Shown here piece by piece: positions 1 through 11,633 of a stretch of DNA of 64,000 bases; position 1 is the first letter of the stretch, and the number at the start of each line of letters is the position of its first letter. Origin of the DNA: Paraspadella gotoi (lineage: Eukaryota; Animalia; Chaetognatha); NCBI GenBank assembly GCA_051294375.1, contig CM119271.1, positions 12,763,039 through 12,827,038 on the forward strand, given 5' to 3'. The position numbers and the translations under genes were made by a program. Under the pieces are notes generated by a model, which was not told the origin of the DNA, did not search any database, and saw only the letters and a list, made by a program, of their open reading frames with translations.

Positions 1-635
1 ACAACATCCCAAATCCCCCCCAACCCAACCTTTGATCTTAGTCCCCGACACGCCCTCCAAGGCGAGTAGAACGAGTCCGTGCGGCCCGAAGATTCTTCCC
101 ACCATGTTGACCGTCTTCCTGTCTTCCTCGGAGATTTCCGGCGGGTAGACGTCCTCCACGAGCTCCACCTCCTCCTCCTCGGGATCTCCATCGGGCAGCA
201 CCAACTCCTCCGTCAAGAGATCTCCGATCAAATCCTTCTGTTGCGGAAGAGTTTTGGCCGCGTGCTCCAGAGCTTCGTTGACCAGGCTGGTGGAGAAGAG
301 GAATTCGTTTTTGATGGAGTAGGGGGTTGATTCTACAGCAACATCGATTAAACGCACCGAACGAGATGAAAGGACTGAACGCCGTAGTTGCTGAGAGAGT
401 TGGCCACTTGTTTGTCGTGCAGAAGCTGAGCGACGAGCTCCGCCCACGAGAGAGGGCGTTGATCGTCGGAGAGAGATTCAGAGAGGGAGGATTTGTCGCC
501 GCCGCCGCCCGCGTCGCCGCCAATTTCGACGCCGCCGTCGCCGTCGCCGCCGGCGTCCCCGTTTCCGCCTTCTTCTCCGTAGAACTCGTCCATGGTCACG
601 TCTTCGGAGTTTTCCTCGGCCGAGTTGGATTTCAT
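1..635 (-). CDS. Divergent STAR/Quaking (GLD-1/HOW-like) KH RNA-binding protein; 5' part only, continues past the window start
   Basis: Exon from ATG 635 (…ELVAQLLHDKQVANSLSNYGVQSFHLVR) splices to LVNEALEHAAK…LVLPDGDPEEEEVELVEDVYPPE…VNMVGRIFGPHGLVLLALEGVSGTKIK. This resembles the QUA1 helix plus the start of the STAR KH domain (consensus NFVGRILGPRG…LE.ETG.KI). Confidence 0.7.
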
Positions 636-1001
636 GGTGTTATTACAAACGGTTATATTTGACAGTGTATATATATCGTTTATCTTTTTTTATTTAGAAA
701 CGGCGAAAATGTAGTTGGAAGAATGAAAAAGCGAAGTCAAAAGGGGGAAAAAAAAAGAGAAAGGGAGGAGAGATAGTTTGAAATTCTAAAAAGTAAAATG
801 AAGCTATGATTAAACAATAAAAGTTACTTATGAAAAATCAAAAGCAAAGTTGGCAAAATTTATTTAAAAAATTTAGAAATTTACATCATCATGGAATAAA
901 ATTTTAAAAGATACAAAATTTAAAATAAATATTTATGGAGAGTCGCAAGGATGGAACATTTCGATTTTATGGATCCTAGGCAAGTTAAAAAATTTTTTTA
1001 T

Positions 1002-1107
1002 TGCAAATTTATCAGCATTTTCAATACTGTCTAATGCAAATTTATCAGCAAATTTATCAGCAAATTTATCAGCAAATTTATCAGCATTTTCAATACTGTC
1101 TAATGCA
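1002..1107. repeat. Tandem 12-bp minisatellite (AAATTTATCAGC)n with a duplicated flanking segment
   Basis: Four consecutive units at about 1038-1085, plus two copies of ATTTTCAATACTGTCTAATGCA. Confidence 0.9.
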
Positions 1108-1482
1108 GTCCGCAAAATAGAAAATAAAATAAAAAAACCAAAAAAAGAGCAAATTGAAAAAGGCGCATTTAAAAGGGGCTCGTCAAATTCTTAAAATGGA
1201 TCAATTACATAATTTTACCAAACCTATTTGCTTAAAAAGTGAAAATGAAAACTTGAGCACATAGGCATTGTAATTAAAGCGTCTTTCCAAGTGGGAACAT
1301 AAAATATCGGTTCAACGAATCGAAAAAAGCTTAGCTAAATAAAACGACGGTAAAAGTCTGCAAAACAACGCAAGAAAAAATGATTTTTGAATAGTCAAAA
1401 AAAAATTTTGAAAGTCAAAAAAGGGTAAAAATGAAAAAGCTTGATTTACTTAAAAAAAAAAACAAGTCAAAGTTAAGCTGTA

Positions 1483-1932
1483 TTACTTCGGTTTGAGCAT
1501 TATTAACTGAAGATCCATGACGTTGGTTCCCGTGAGTCCTAAAAATAAATTGAGTCTCATTTCCTGTCCACTGACCCATTTTATCCACAGTTAGCAATTT
1601 TACCAGTTTTGATCAGACCGCCCGCGTTTTTAAGCCGAGAGAAAAACGTGTACGAGTCGTTGTTGTCTAAAAAGGACCTCGCCTCATCCAAAGTTAGACT
1701 GGAATATAATCAAAATACTAATTTGAAAATAAACAAAGCTGGCCCCCGTCAAACAATATCGCAGAAAACCATCATGTCTCCTTGTACCCGCAATTTCTTA
1801 TCGTATTGAAATCAACGACGGCTCCGGCAGCGTCGGTCGGTCCGTCTTGACCGTCAGTTCCAACGCTCAAAATCGAAACATCGAAGCTAAAAACAAAAGA
1901 GTAAATCTCATCTCATATGCATGAAGCCTAAA

Positions 1933-1979
<47 letters not shown>

Positions 1980-3593
1980 GCCTAATAATCATCGACTAAG
2001 ACTACTCACTTCTTTGCCAAGATTTCAAAATCGAGGCTCTCATGAAGCGTCAAAGCGGCGGCCAGCGCCAACTCCTGGTTCCGTCCACCAACGCCGTTGC
2101 CCTTTAACTCGACTGTCGTCTCCCCGGCGAAAACGAGGCAAAGGCCACCACCGCTGCCTCCATTCAACTTTCGCGCTGCTTCTGTCAGAGCGTCGGTAAG
2201 TTGTAAAACATCTGATAAGAAAATAAGCAAATGATAAAATTGTAAATTACGAACAAAAAAAATTATCGCCAGCATCAAAAGTGGCCTCCCTGCAATTCAA
2301 TACTTGCCTTTCGACATTGAATCGATCGCAAATGAAGCTAGCGTTTGGTTGTAAACACTTTTTTGGTGGCAAAGAAAAAATCTAAAATAAGGGCATTTCA
2401 ACCTTTAATCTTAAACCTGTCACATATATAAGCAAGGGTCAAATTGTTTCCCCGGATACCTGCACGCGCCCAACGCCAATTTAGCGGCGTCGACTCCCCG
2501 CTCTCTCGCCAATCCGTCGACTTGGGTAGAGAGACAAATCGATCGATAGCCCAACGCCTCTGCCCTGAGAAGATCAAGAAGTAAAAAAGGTTGACGATAA
2601 CGTTACGGCTTCATATCTAATTTCAGATACATAGATTAAATATGCATAAAAACCAAACAAACCGAGCCAAAGCCGCTTCCACCAGCATTTGATTGTTGCC
2701 CACGATGACGTTCTGCACGTGGGAAAAGTCCGTCATCTTCTCTTCCGCGGTTCTTTCGACATTTTCGTTTGTAGAGGGAAAAAGGGGAGGGGGGAAACGT
2801 GATAATCAAAATCACGTCAAAGCAGAGCTAGAAAAAAAAAAAGAACTCGTCCTTACCTTGGGGTTTTTTCCATCCTTTCCTTCTCTCGGAGGAAGTGGAC
2901 GATCTTCTGCGCCGTCGCCTGATCTTCCCACGAAAAGATTAAAAGACTCTCGAAATATTGTCTCCCTCTGTCGTCGATTAATCATTTGCTCATTGATTCA
3001 TCCATTTTTGATCTTTACAGATTTGTGATCAACGATCATCCATCATTGATCGACTATTGATTTTTTTTTTGGGTTATCGATCGTCAAATTCCCATTAATT
3101 TTGGATCATCGAATCACCAGCGATCTTGAATCATCGTCTCATTCTTACGCCCAACGCCGAGTCCTCGGAGTCGAGACGAAAGCGGGCGAGGAAATCCAAG
3201 CAGTTTCGCGCCGTCGTCGAATCCGGCGCCGTCGGGCCAGAGGCGATGTCCTCGAGTGGGTCGCCGATCACGTCGGACAGAACGAGGGCGACGACGCGGG
3301 CGGGCAAGGCGGTTAGGGCTAAGCGTCCGCCTGGAGAGGAGAGGAGAGTTTATTCCCAATTTTATTTTTAAAAAAAGATTTCAGCGTAGATTATACGGTC
3401 ACCGAACCTTTGACCTCGGAGAGATGCCTTCTGAGTAAATTAAGCTCGGAGATGGTGGCGCCTCTCGCGCTCAAAGCCCTCGTCGACTCCACGACGTCGT
3501 GGAGCGTCAGCGGAGGCTGCGGCAAAGTCAAGAGGGCGGACCCGCCGCCGGAAATGAGGACGAGGAGGAGATCGTCGGAAGTTAGACTGAAGG

Positions 3594-3626
<33 letters not shown>

Positions 3627-4540
3627 GAGAAGAGAGAGAGAAGAGAGAGAAGAGAGGAGAGAGAGAGAGAGAGAGACTTCCGGCTTTGTTTTATTGAATC
3701 AAATTTGCAAAAATCTCAATTAATCCATCAATAAATAATCTATCTTGCATCGTAACTTAAAACACTGCTTAGCAATGTAGAGTCTACGGTTTAAGGTGGG
3801 TTTAAACCCTAACGCGAGCGAAACCCCGCAAACTNNNNNNNNNNAGCGAAACCCCGCAAACTTTCAATTGGTCATTTTCCCCCCCTCCTAATCCTTCTCA
3901 CATTCACTTAACCTTTTAAACTCACCCAACTCACTTTCCCGCCATCGATCGAATCGCCCTCGTCGCCTCCACGCAATCCTCGTCGGGCAGATTAAGTTTC
4001 GCTCCTTCGCGAATCTCCACTCGACTCTCCGCTCCAGGAATCAAATGTCCCAATCGATGCTGGAGCAGCGCGTCGCGACTTCCTCGAGGGACGCTGGCCA
4101 CGCCTCTAATCACGTGATCGCCCAACGCGTCGTCGACGGCGCGGATCATTCCGAGGACGGCCTTGCCGAAGGCGGCGACGTGGACGTTGCGATCGAGACG
4201 GTAAGTTTGTTCTGAGAACGTGGGCGTGAAGTTGCGATGCTAAGTTTTACAAGCTGGTTAGTCTCGACTTACCTTTCACGATAAGTCGCCCTTTTTCGAC
4301 GCGAATGGCTTTCTTGATCATCTCGTGGGGCGCGACGGCTTCGATGGCTTTGTGACTCACGTCTCTAACGTCATCAATCACGGATCTCGATTCGCGACGT
4401 TCAGAATAAATCCGGACGTGGATCCCGATGGGCGGGCAGCGATCGCCGGCTCCGCGCATTAGCGTCGTTCTCAACGAGCGCGGGAATTGACTCAACATTA
4501 TTCGGAAAAAGTTTGTTGTCCAACGTGAAAAAAACGTCAT
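1483..4540 (-). CDS. GLYCTK: Glycerate kinase (MOFRL type), multi-exon, probable mitochondrial presequence
   Basis: Exons encode [65 protein letters not shown] and the terminal [12 protein letters not shown]…PK* (TAA 1483-1485). An N gap at 3835-3844 lies in an intron. Confidence 0.93.
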
Positions 4541-4855
4541 TTTTCAAACTAAATTAAAAAAAACAAACAAAAAAACAATCAATTTTTCCGTCATTAACAA
4601 TGAAATAAATAAATATAACTAATTCAACGGTAGATTTCATTCGTTTGCGCGTGTATACATAAATTTCCAACCGGAATTTATTTCGGAAACATCGTGGCCG
4701 AATCCATTCCATTCCATTCCATCAGAGGAACTTTTATATCATTTTTTTCCCTCAATTTCTTCTCCGAGTTGCAGTTAATACGTTTCCTCGGACGCTGGAT
4801 CGTCTCATCGTCTCTGTCTCTCTCTCTCTCTTCGTGAGTTCGTGAGTTCGTGAGC

Positions 4856-6024
4856 TCATCCGTCGTCGACGTCGTCCTCCAAGACGACCGTCTTCCTCTC
4901 TCGCGGTTCCCAATTTCCCATTCGACGCAAGAGGTCGCGTTTCTCTTCTTCGTCGCGACTCGATTCCATCTGGCGGCGAAGTTCGTCCCATTCCGATCTT
5001 TTGTTTCGATATTCCTCCATCCTGGAAGGTACGTGATAATTATAATTAAATTATCTCTATATTTATAACGAGGGATACACTATAAAATGTAAATTTTTAC
5101 CAAGCTTTATAATCTGTGGTTTTGTTATTAGACTCGTTGAAGTTGGGAGTCGATTGAATTTCGAGTGGCGCGGAGGGACGAGTCTTCATACGAAAGCTAT
5201 ACATGTAATATTGAAACATTCCGAAAAGAACGACCAATATAGCCTGTTGGAGAGGGGGGGGAGAGCGAGCGGGAGGGAGAGCGAGCGGGAGGGAGAGCGA
5301 GCGAGCGAGAGAGCGAGAGAGAGAGAGAGAGAGCGAGCGAAAAAGTGAGAAACAATAAAAAAGTCAAAGACGCAGCTTTTACCCACCAAGGCATTGGAAA
5401 AGCTCGGTCGAAAGTAGAAACTACCGGTGGTTGCTGCGACGCCGGATTTCGGCCGCCGCTGCTTCTCTGTCGCGGCTTTGAACTCGCGCTCTCGTTTTTC
5501 CCGATACGCGTCTTCCTTCCAATCTTAAAAATGGGGAAACCATAATGATAATAATAATAATACAGAATACAATAATATAACATTTTTTTATAATAATAGC
5601 TAACTCGAGATAAAGTTACAATCGTTTCTAGGCAGTATTTTAAAATCAACAAAGCCATACTACCTGCGGGAAAGGGGTCCTGAGCGGAAGAGCCTCCTCC
5701 AGGAAACATCTCTCTGTCGTACTTCCTTCTCTCCTTGGCGTCGCTCAAGACGGCGTAGGCTTCGTTGATGCGTTTGAATCTCCCGACGGCCGATTGCCGC
5801 TTGTTGATGTCCGGGTGATATTGTTTGGAAAGGCGATAGTAATTGGCTTTGATCTGCGCCGCCGTCGCATCTCGATCCAATTCCAACGTCCGGTAATGAT
5901 TCAAAGAAGATGAACTCGCGGAGAAGAGTTTGACGCCCGTGGAGCGGAAGTGGGCGTGTCCAGCGTCGGTCCAGAGGCGAAGCGATTCGATGAAGGGACG
6001 ACGGAAGCGCGTCGAAGAAAACAT
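4856..6024 (-). CDS. DnaJ-domain protein with presequence and one TM helix (DNAJC4/DNAJC30-like), 4 exons
   Basis: J domain NHYRTLELDRDATAAQIKANYYRLSKQYHPD…FKRINEAYAVLSDAKERRKYD. Spliced downstream exons give a TM segment (AILVVLFGMFQYYMY) and a charged tail ending EDDVDDG* at 4856. Confidence 0.8.
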
Positions 6025-6421
6025 TTAGAATCGAATCGATCGAACTTCAATAATAAAAAACGCGGTCGATAAATAAACAATTGCTAATTATTACGAAAAA
6101 AAAAATGGCAACGGTTGAATCGATAACCTGTTTCTATTGATATTCCATAAAGTTGAGAGAAATTTAGAAACAACATTTGAAAAGAAAAAGTGGAAAAGAG
6201 AAAGAACTTGAGCGATGTAAGAAAGAAATTCATTTAACCGGATAATAAGTAATTTGGTAATCTCGTTTCTTGGACTAGAACTCTCCCTCCCTCCCCACAC
6301 TCCCCTCCCGTCCCTCCCCACACTCCCTCCTTCCTCCCTCCCCACACTCCCTCCTTCCTCCCTCCCTCTCTCCTTACTTCCTCCCTCCTACTTCCTCCCT
6401 CCTCCTTCCTCCCTCCCCTCA

Positions 6422-8448
6422 CTAATCCCCTTCGACGGCCTCATCCCCGTTTTCCCCCTCCTCTTCCTCCTCCTCGCTCCTTCCATCCTCGACGCCATCT
6501 CCGTCCGACTCTGCCGCCACGGCTGCGTTCCCGCAGCCGCCTCCGCTCCCGACCGCGGCGGCGCCGCCTCGCTTCAGCTCCTGACGCCGCGAGTTCCACT
6601 TGGAGCGAATCTTCTTTTGATATTCTAGAAATTTCTTCTGTTTGTCCGTGAGTTCGTCGAAGGGTTTCATCTTCGCGGCTTCGTAAGTCTCGCGTCTTTG
6701 GCGCCGGCGCCGTTCCTTCGTCAGCTCCTTCTTGTGCTCCTTCTTCTGCTCCTCTTTAGACATGTCAGCGTCGTAGTTTAGTCTCAAGCCGTTGAATCGG
6801 CTGAGCTGTTCCACGGCGGAAGAGGCGGCTGCTGCGGGGGATTTCGAAATAGCGTTCGACGGGGAATTGGAAGAAGATGCCGAGTCCATCCCTTTGCCAT
6901 TGTCGGCGGAAGCGGTCCCGCCTCGGGACGACTTGGCGCCGTATTCGCGCCAAAACTCTGGATCGTCTTTGACGCCGAAGTGAGAAAATCGCGCCGGTTT
7001 GACGTCGAGACTCTCGGCGTCGCTGGTGTCGGCGCCGAGACGGGCGCAAGGACAAGGGCGTGGCGCGAAGACGCTGAGTACGTCGCCGTCGAAGGTTAAG
7101 AGTCCAGAGTCCGTTTCGTCTAGGCAAGGAAAAGAAGGGGGGGTCGGGGTGTTGGAGACTACCACCCAGTCTCACTCGTGCTTGCTCTCTCTCTCTCTCA
7201 CCTTCGAGATCTTTCCCGACTTCTACGAGCTCCTTGAGAGAGAGTTCGCACGTGAAGGCTTTTCGTCGAACGTCGTCGGAGCGGCATCCCATCACTGCAG
7301 CCAAAAGAAAAAAAAAAATTCAAAGACAAACGATTAACGGGAAAAGTGAAGCTCCTTTCTTCGATCTTTCATCGAAATATTTCGTGAGACTTTTCACGAG
7401 TTCTCACTTCCTCTCTCCCATACCCATTCGGTCCCCGAGTCGGTCCCCCGAATTGTTCCCCAACTTTTCTCCTCATTAGATCCCCTCACAAAGAAGATCT
7501 GAAGGTTTGAACTCGGGACCCTCTGAACTGAGGCATGTATATTGTAGAATCAATCTCACAGCGATACTTTTCATTACTTTTCTGACATTGCTTTAATTCA
7601 TATCTTGTTACTTTGCGCTACCTACATATCCGCCCCCCCTGACTTACCGATTCAATCACTCGAGTATAATCTCGTATCCAAAACCCGCCTTTCCTCCGCT
7701 TCACCCTCAACCCCTTCGATCCCCCTCCCCCCCCCAGTCTCTCACCGATTTGATCCCTGATCCTCCTCTCTCCGTCCGCCTCAAAGTCGCAGTCTCTCGC
7801 GGCGTCTTGAAGTCGATCGACGAAAGAGTCGAAGGCCTCGAAGCCTTCTTGACGAACGTGGGAGAAGAGGTAGGCCTGAAGATGGGAGGAGAAGCGGGGG
7901 GGGGGTTAATGGATTAATTAACCGGTTAAGGGATAGTGGGAACGACGATGTACCTGGTACGTTTTGTTTCCCACGCTCAATTTTCGAAAATGCTCGGCGA
8001 GGGAATTTTTGGCAGCGGAATACTTGAGATCTGAATTTTTTTTTAAATAAAATAAATAAGTAAAATAAAAATAAGTATAATGAATGAACGTAGTGATTCG
8101 AAATAATATAACGTAATATACGCATTATGGAACGAATTAACAATTTAAGAATGACCTGGTCCGCGGACGACGTCGGAAGGGAAAGAGGCGAAGATGTCAC
8201 GAACATCTCTTCCGGCGAAACGAAGAAGCAGCGGGAATTTGTCGTCCTTTAATTTTATCATTTTTCATTTTATTCATTTAACAACAGTTAATTTTTAATT
8301 TTACAAATAGAAATGTCGAGACCTGCGCGACTTTGCAATTTTTGAGCATGAGATCGAATCCGTTGATCCATTCAGTCCATCGCGGACCCACGCTCGACGA
8401 ATTAGCCGAGTCAACATTGAATGGAGGGTAATAGAGTCCCAAGTTCAT
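6422..8448 (-). CDS. Six-exon Ty3/gypsy Gag (capsid)-derived gene, about 404 aa; putative domesticated retrotransposon gene
   Basis: Exons 8448-8323, 8246-8156, 8030-7954, 7875-7746, 7294-7202 and 7119-6422 are joined by GT-AG introns and keep frame. N-terminus: MNLGLYYPPFNVDSANSSSVGPRWTEWINGFDLMLKNCKVAQDDKFPLLLRFAGRDVRDIFASFPSDVVRGPDLKYSAAKNSLAEHFRKLSVGNKTYQAYLFSHVRQEGFEAFDSFVDRLQDAARDCDFEADGERRIRDQIVMGCRSDDVRRKAFTCELSLKELVEVGKDLE. This follows the recognisable gypsy Gag pattern. Confidence 0.82.
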
Positions 8449-8858
8449 CGTCAAAAGTCTTCGCAGTTTGAATGTAATGAAAACACTACTAAAAATGTAA
8501 AGCAAACAAAAAAATTTCATCTGTGGCGAAGTAAAAATGCGATTAAGAACTAGTGTTAAAGGTCTGGTGATCACTAAAATAAAGGGTCAGAGAGGGGAAA
8601 GGGCTTAAGATATCACCGTCCCAATTCCGACCCGAAGCAGGAATCAGTAGTTAAAACAACTAACATACCCAAAATTAAAAGAAGATAACAAACTTTGACT
8701 AAGAGTCATTGACTCTGTCAATGTTACTATTTTACAGCCGTTACAGGTAAATTACGACTAAAGGCGGAGTTTTAAAATCCCCGATTTTTTTTGTGGTGTC
8801 TCATTGAGGCGAGCCTAAAACGGCTTGCTCGACTTTGGCGGACTAAGTTGACGCACGG

Positions 8859-11469
8859 TAGCGCGGAGCATAAATACAAGATATGATATATGACCTCTTT
8901 GTGCCCCCTTAATTTTTGGTATTTGATATAATACTATGCCCCAAGATTAAAAAAATGAAAATTTCGATCGCTCAATTTTTCCGTTCTATCGATTTTATAA
9001 AGCAATTTGATGCAAAAAAATTGTCAAAAATAGCAAAATTTGATATCAAATAAAGCTGGTTAAGTTCACTTTTTTAAGTGAAATATAGCCTAAACAAAGA
9101 ATTTAAACCCGTTTTCATCCATAAAAATGTAAAAAAATCTGTTTATATAAATATTGAGTAATTTTAAAAGATAAGTATTTTCATAAAAATTGCTAAAAAT
9201 AAGCAAAATGGAAAATAAGTACCGAGCCACATAATGCAGTCAATATCCTATTTAAAGCTTATAAAAGCTGTTAATAGCTACATTAAACTTTATACAGCTT
9301 ATAATAATCTTTACCAAAAAAATATTAATTGACTATTTGACTTACCATAAGCCTTACCCATTACCATTCTCCTTCCCTTAGATCGCTCTGGCCAATCTTT
9401 TTTTTTTTTATCAAAATGAACAAATTCTCATGAAATATTGGTAAAAACATTTAAAATAAGAACTGTTAAAAATGAGTACAATTTATAATAACAATAATGA
9501 CAACTACTACAATTTGTTAGCGAAAGACAATGTTTATTTGTTTGTGTACAACGATTTTTTATTTTACATAGGACATGTTTCGGCTTTATGTATAAGCCTT
9601 CATCAGCGTAAATATAAAATTGTTGTACACAAACAAATAAACTTTGTCTTTCTATAAATTTACAAAACAACGAAAAGAAAGAAAATGAACATAATTTGTT
9701 TAGCAAAATTAATTTTAGATCAAAGCATATTTTATGACCATTTTCCTAAACCTCCATCAATTTCATTTTACAATTTGTTAGCTCATTTTAGTCAGTATAA
9801 CAAGGATGTTAAGAATATGGAACTAGTTGATCAGTTTATTTATAAACAAATAATTTGGCGATGAGGATGTTAAGTTTATACATGCAAATGAAATTAATCA
9901 GTTTGATTTTTAAAGAAAAATATAATAAACTGAGATTAAAAATACTTAATCTTGAAAAACTAACACTGTTTTAAAAACATCCAGTATTAGGACATTAGGC
10001 ATTAATTTTTAATAATAAATATAAATAAATATAATCCTAAATTGTATTGCCGTTTGTGGCGATGTGTGAGCGTGGCTAGCGGGAGAAAAAAGGGCTCGAC
10101 GTCCGACGGCCGTGAATTAGTTATCGGCGTCTTAATTTGCCCATTTTTCGAGAGAAAGAACACGATGACGATTAAAAAAACTGAACTCGGGGAAATATCC
10201 TGATTATTTTTATGTAAAGCATCGTTTTCTAGTCAGGGACAGTTGCCTCTGACATCAAACAGTTTTAAGACCGCTTGTTTGTATTCTTAACTATATTTTA
10301 TATTTTATCTTTATTTGTAAGTCATTAAGAAAATGCGTCAACTCAATACAAAATATTATCTTCATATTCAATTGTATTTTCTCTGATGCCCATTCCCGAC
10401 AATATAGTTACATTAATCAACAAATTGTGGCTCTCTGGCGGTCTGCAGTTGGTTATGTCTCAAGCCCTGGTCCCGGCTACAAATATTGTGCCAAAAAAGA
10501 AAGCATATCAAAACTGTATCATACTCCCTTGCTAAGGATAGCTCTGACCAGAATTCAAAAGGATACAATTAAGCACTTTTTGTTCTTTAGCACCACTCGT
10601 ATCTTATGAATTGACAATGACAGAAGAAGACGATGAAAAAAATAATAAAAAAGTTTTTAACATTTACAAACAATATATTTTGTAAATATTAAAATAAACC
10701 TCACTGTTCTCATCTCAAAATCAATAAAATAGAAGAAAAAAAGAATATCAGATTTGACTTAGAGGCAACAATAGTGTAAGGTAGCCACCGAGGGTGAAAG
10801 GGCCTGATGCCTTTTGTATCATAAATAAAACCTTTTTTGCTTGAGGAATTTTTTTAACAGGACAATGTCTTACAATTTATTTTTCTTTTGTTTATTTTAT
10901 GAGAGTTTGAAATACCCTTTGACTATATCCATAAATTCATTAATTTCCTGATCGCCTTAATTTATTATTTTGCTTTGTTTTTTGTGGTTTAAAAAATGTA
11001 AAACTTTATGTATTAATTAAAAATTAATAAATAAAGTAAATTTTTACAAATGAAAACAGTTATATATCTCCTTATTTCATATATATTTGATTAAAACTCT
11101 CTGATTAACCATCATTCCTATCTTTTACAATTTTCATATTTTTTAAAAAAAATGCAATATGTTAATAATAGTTAAACATTAATTAATACAAGTTTTTTAC
11201 ATTTATTTTGTTGAAAACAGTTTTAAATACTTGGATTTAGCTATATTTTACTAAAATTAATAATTCTAACAACTTTTATTTTATCTTTAAATTTGTTATT
11301 TTTTTCGATTTTTTTGCATCTTATCGCATTATAAAATCGATAGAACGGGAAAATTGGCCAAGCGAATTTTTGATTTTTTCGATCTCAGGTAACAGTTTTA
11401 CATGTGTTTCAAAAAATTAGGAGGGCACAAGATGTCCTTTATCATTTCTTGTATTTATACTCCGCGCTA
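8859..11469. mobile_element. Non-autonomous hAT-like DNA transposon with long imperfect TIRs and an 8-bp TSD
   Basis: Termini TAGCGCGGAG…CTCCGCGCTA. Imperfect inverted repeats run about 190 bp. Identical 8-bp flanks ACGCACGG at 8851-8858 and 11470-11477. Interior is AT-rich with no transposase-length ORF. Confidence 0.88.
9523..9651 (-). ncRNA. Minimal type I hammerhead ribozyme (Penelope-like architecture) within a long hairpin
   Basis: Minus strand reads TTTACG-CTGATGA-A-GGCTT-ATACATA-AAGCC-GAAA-CATG-TC-CTATGTAAA. It is enclosed by a perfect 21-bp stem (9532-9552/9622-9642). Confidence 0.72.
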
Positions 11470-11633
11470 ACGCACGGACGGCGCGTCATACTTAATTACT
11501 TATAACAAGGATTAAAAGAAAATAAAAAGTAATGATCGAGTAAAAAAACAAAACGATACAACGATATCACAGTTAAATTTAACTAAGAAAACTGGCTTTT
11601 ATTGAAAGACTTCCCCATTCAAACGACTTTTTT

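Noticed and set aside
3817-3862. Direct repeat AGCGAAACCCCGCAAACT either side of an N run
   Set aside because: Typical contig-overlap artefact at a scaffold gap.
1933-6420. Microsatellites and low-complexity tracts ((AAT)n, (GA)n, CT-rich)
   Set aside because: Ordinary simple repeats in introns and UTRs.
9428-10609. Short ORFs inside the hAT-like element as a possible transposase
   Set aside because: Short, AT-rich, and lacking any recognisable BED finger, DDE or dimerisation motif.
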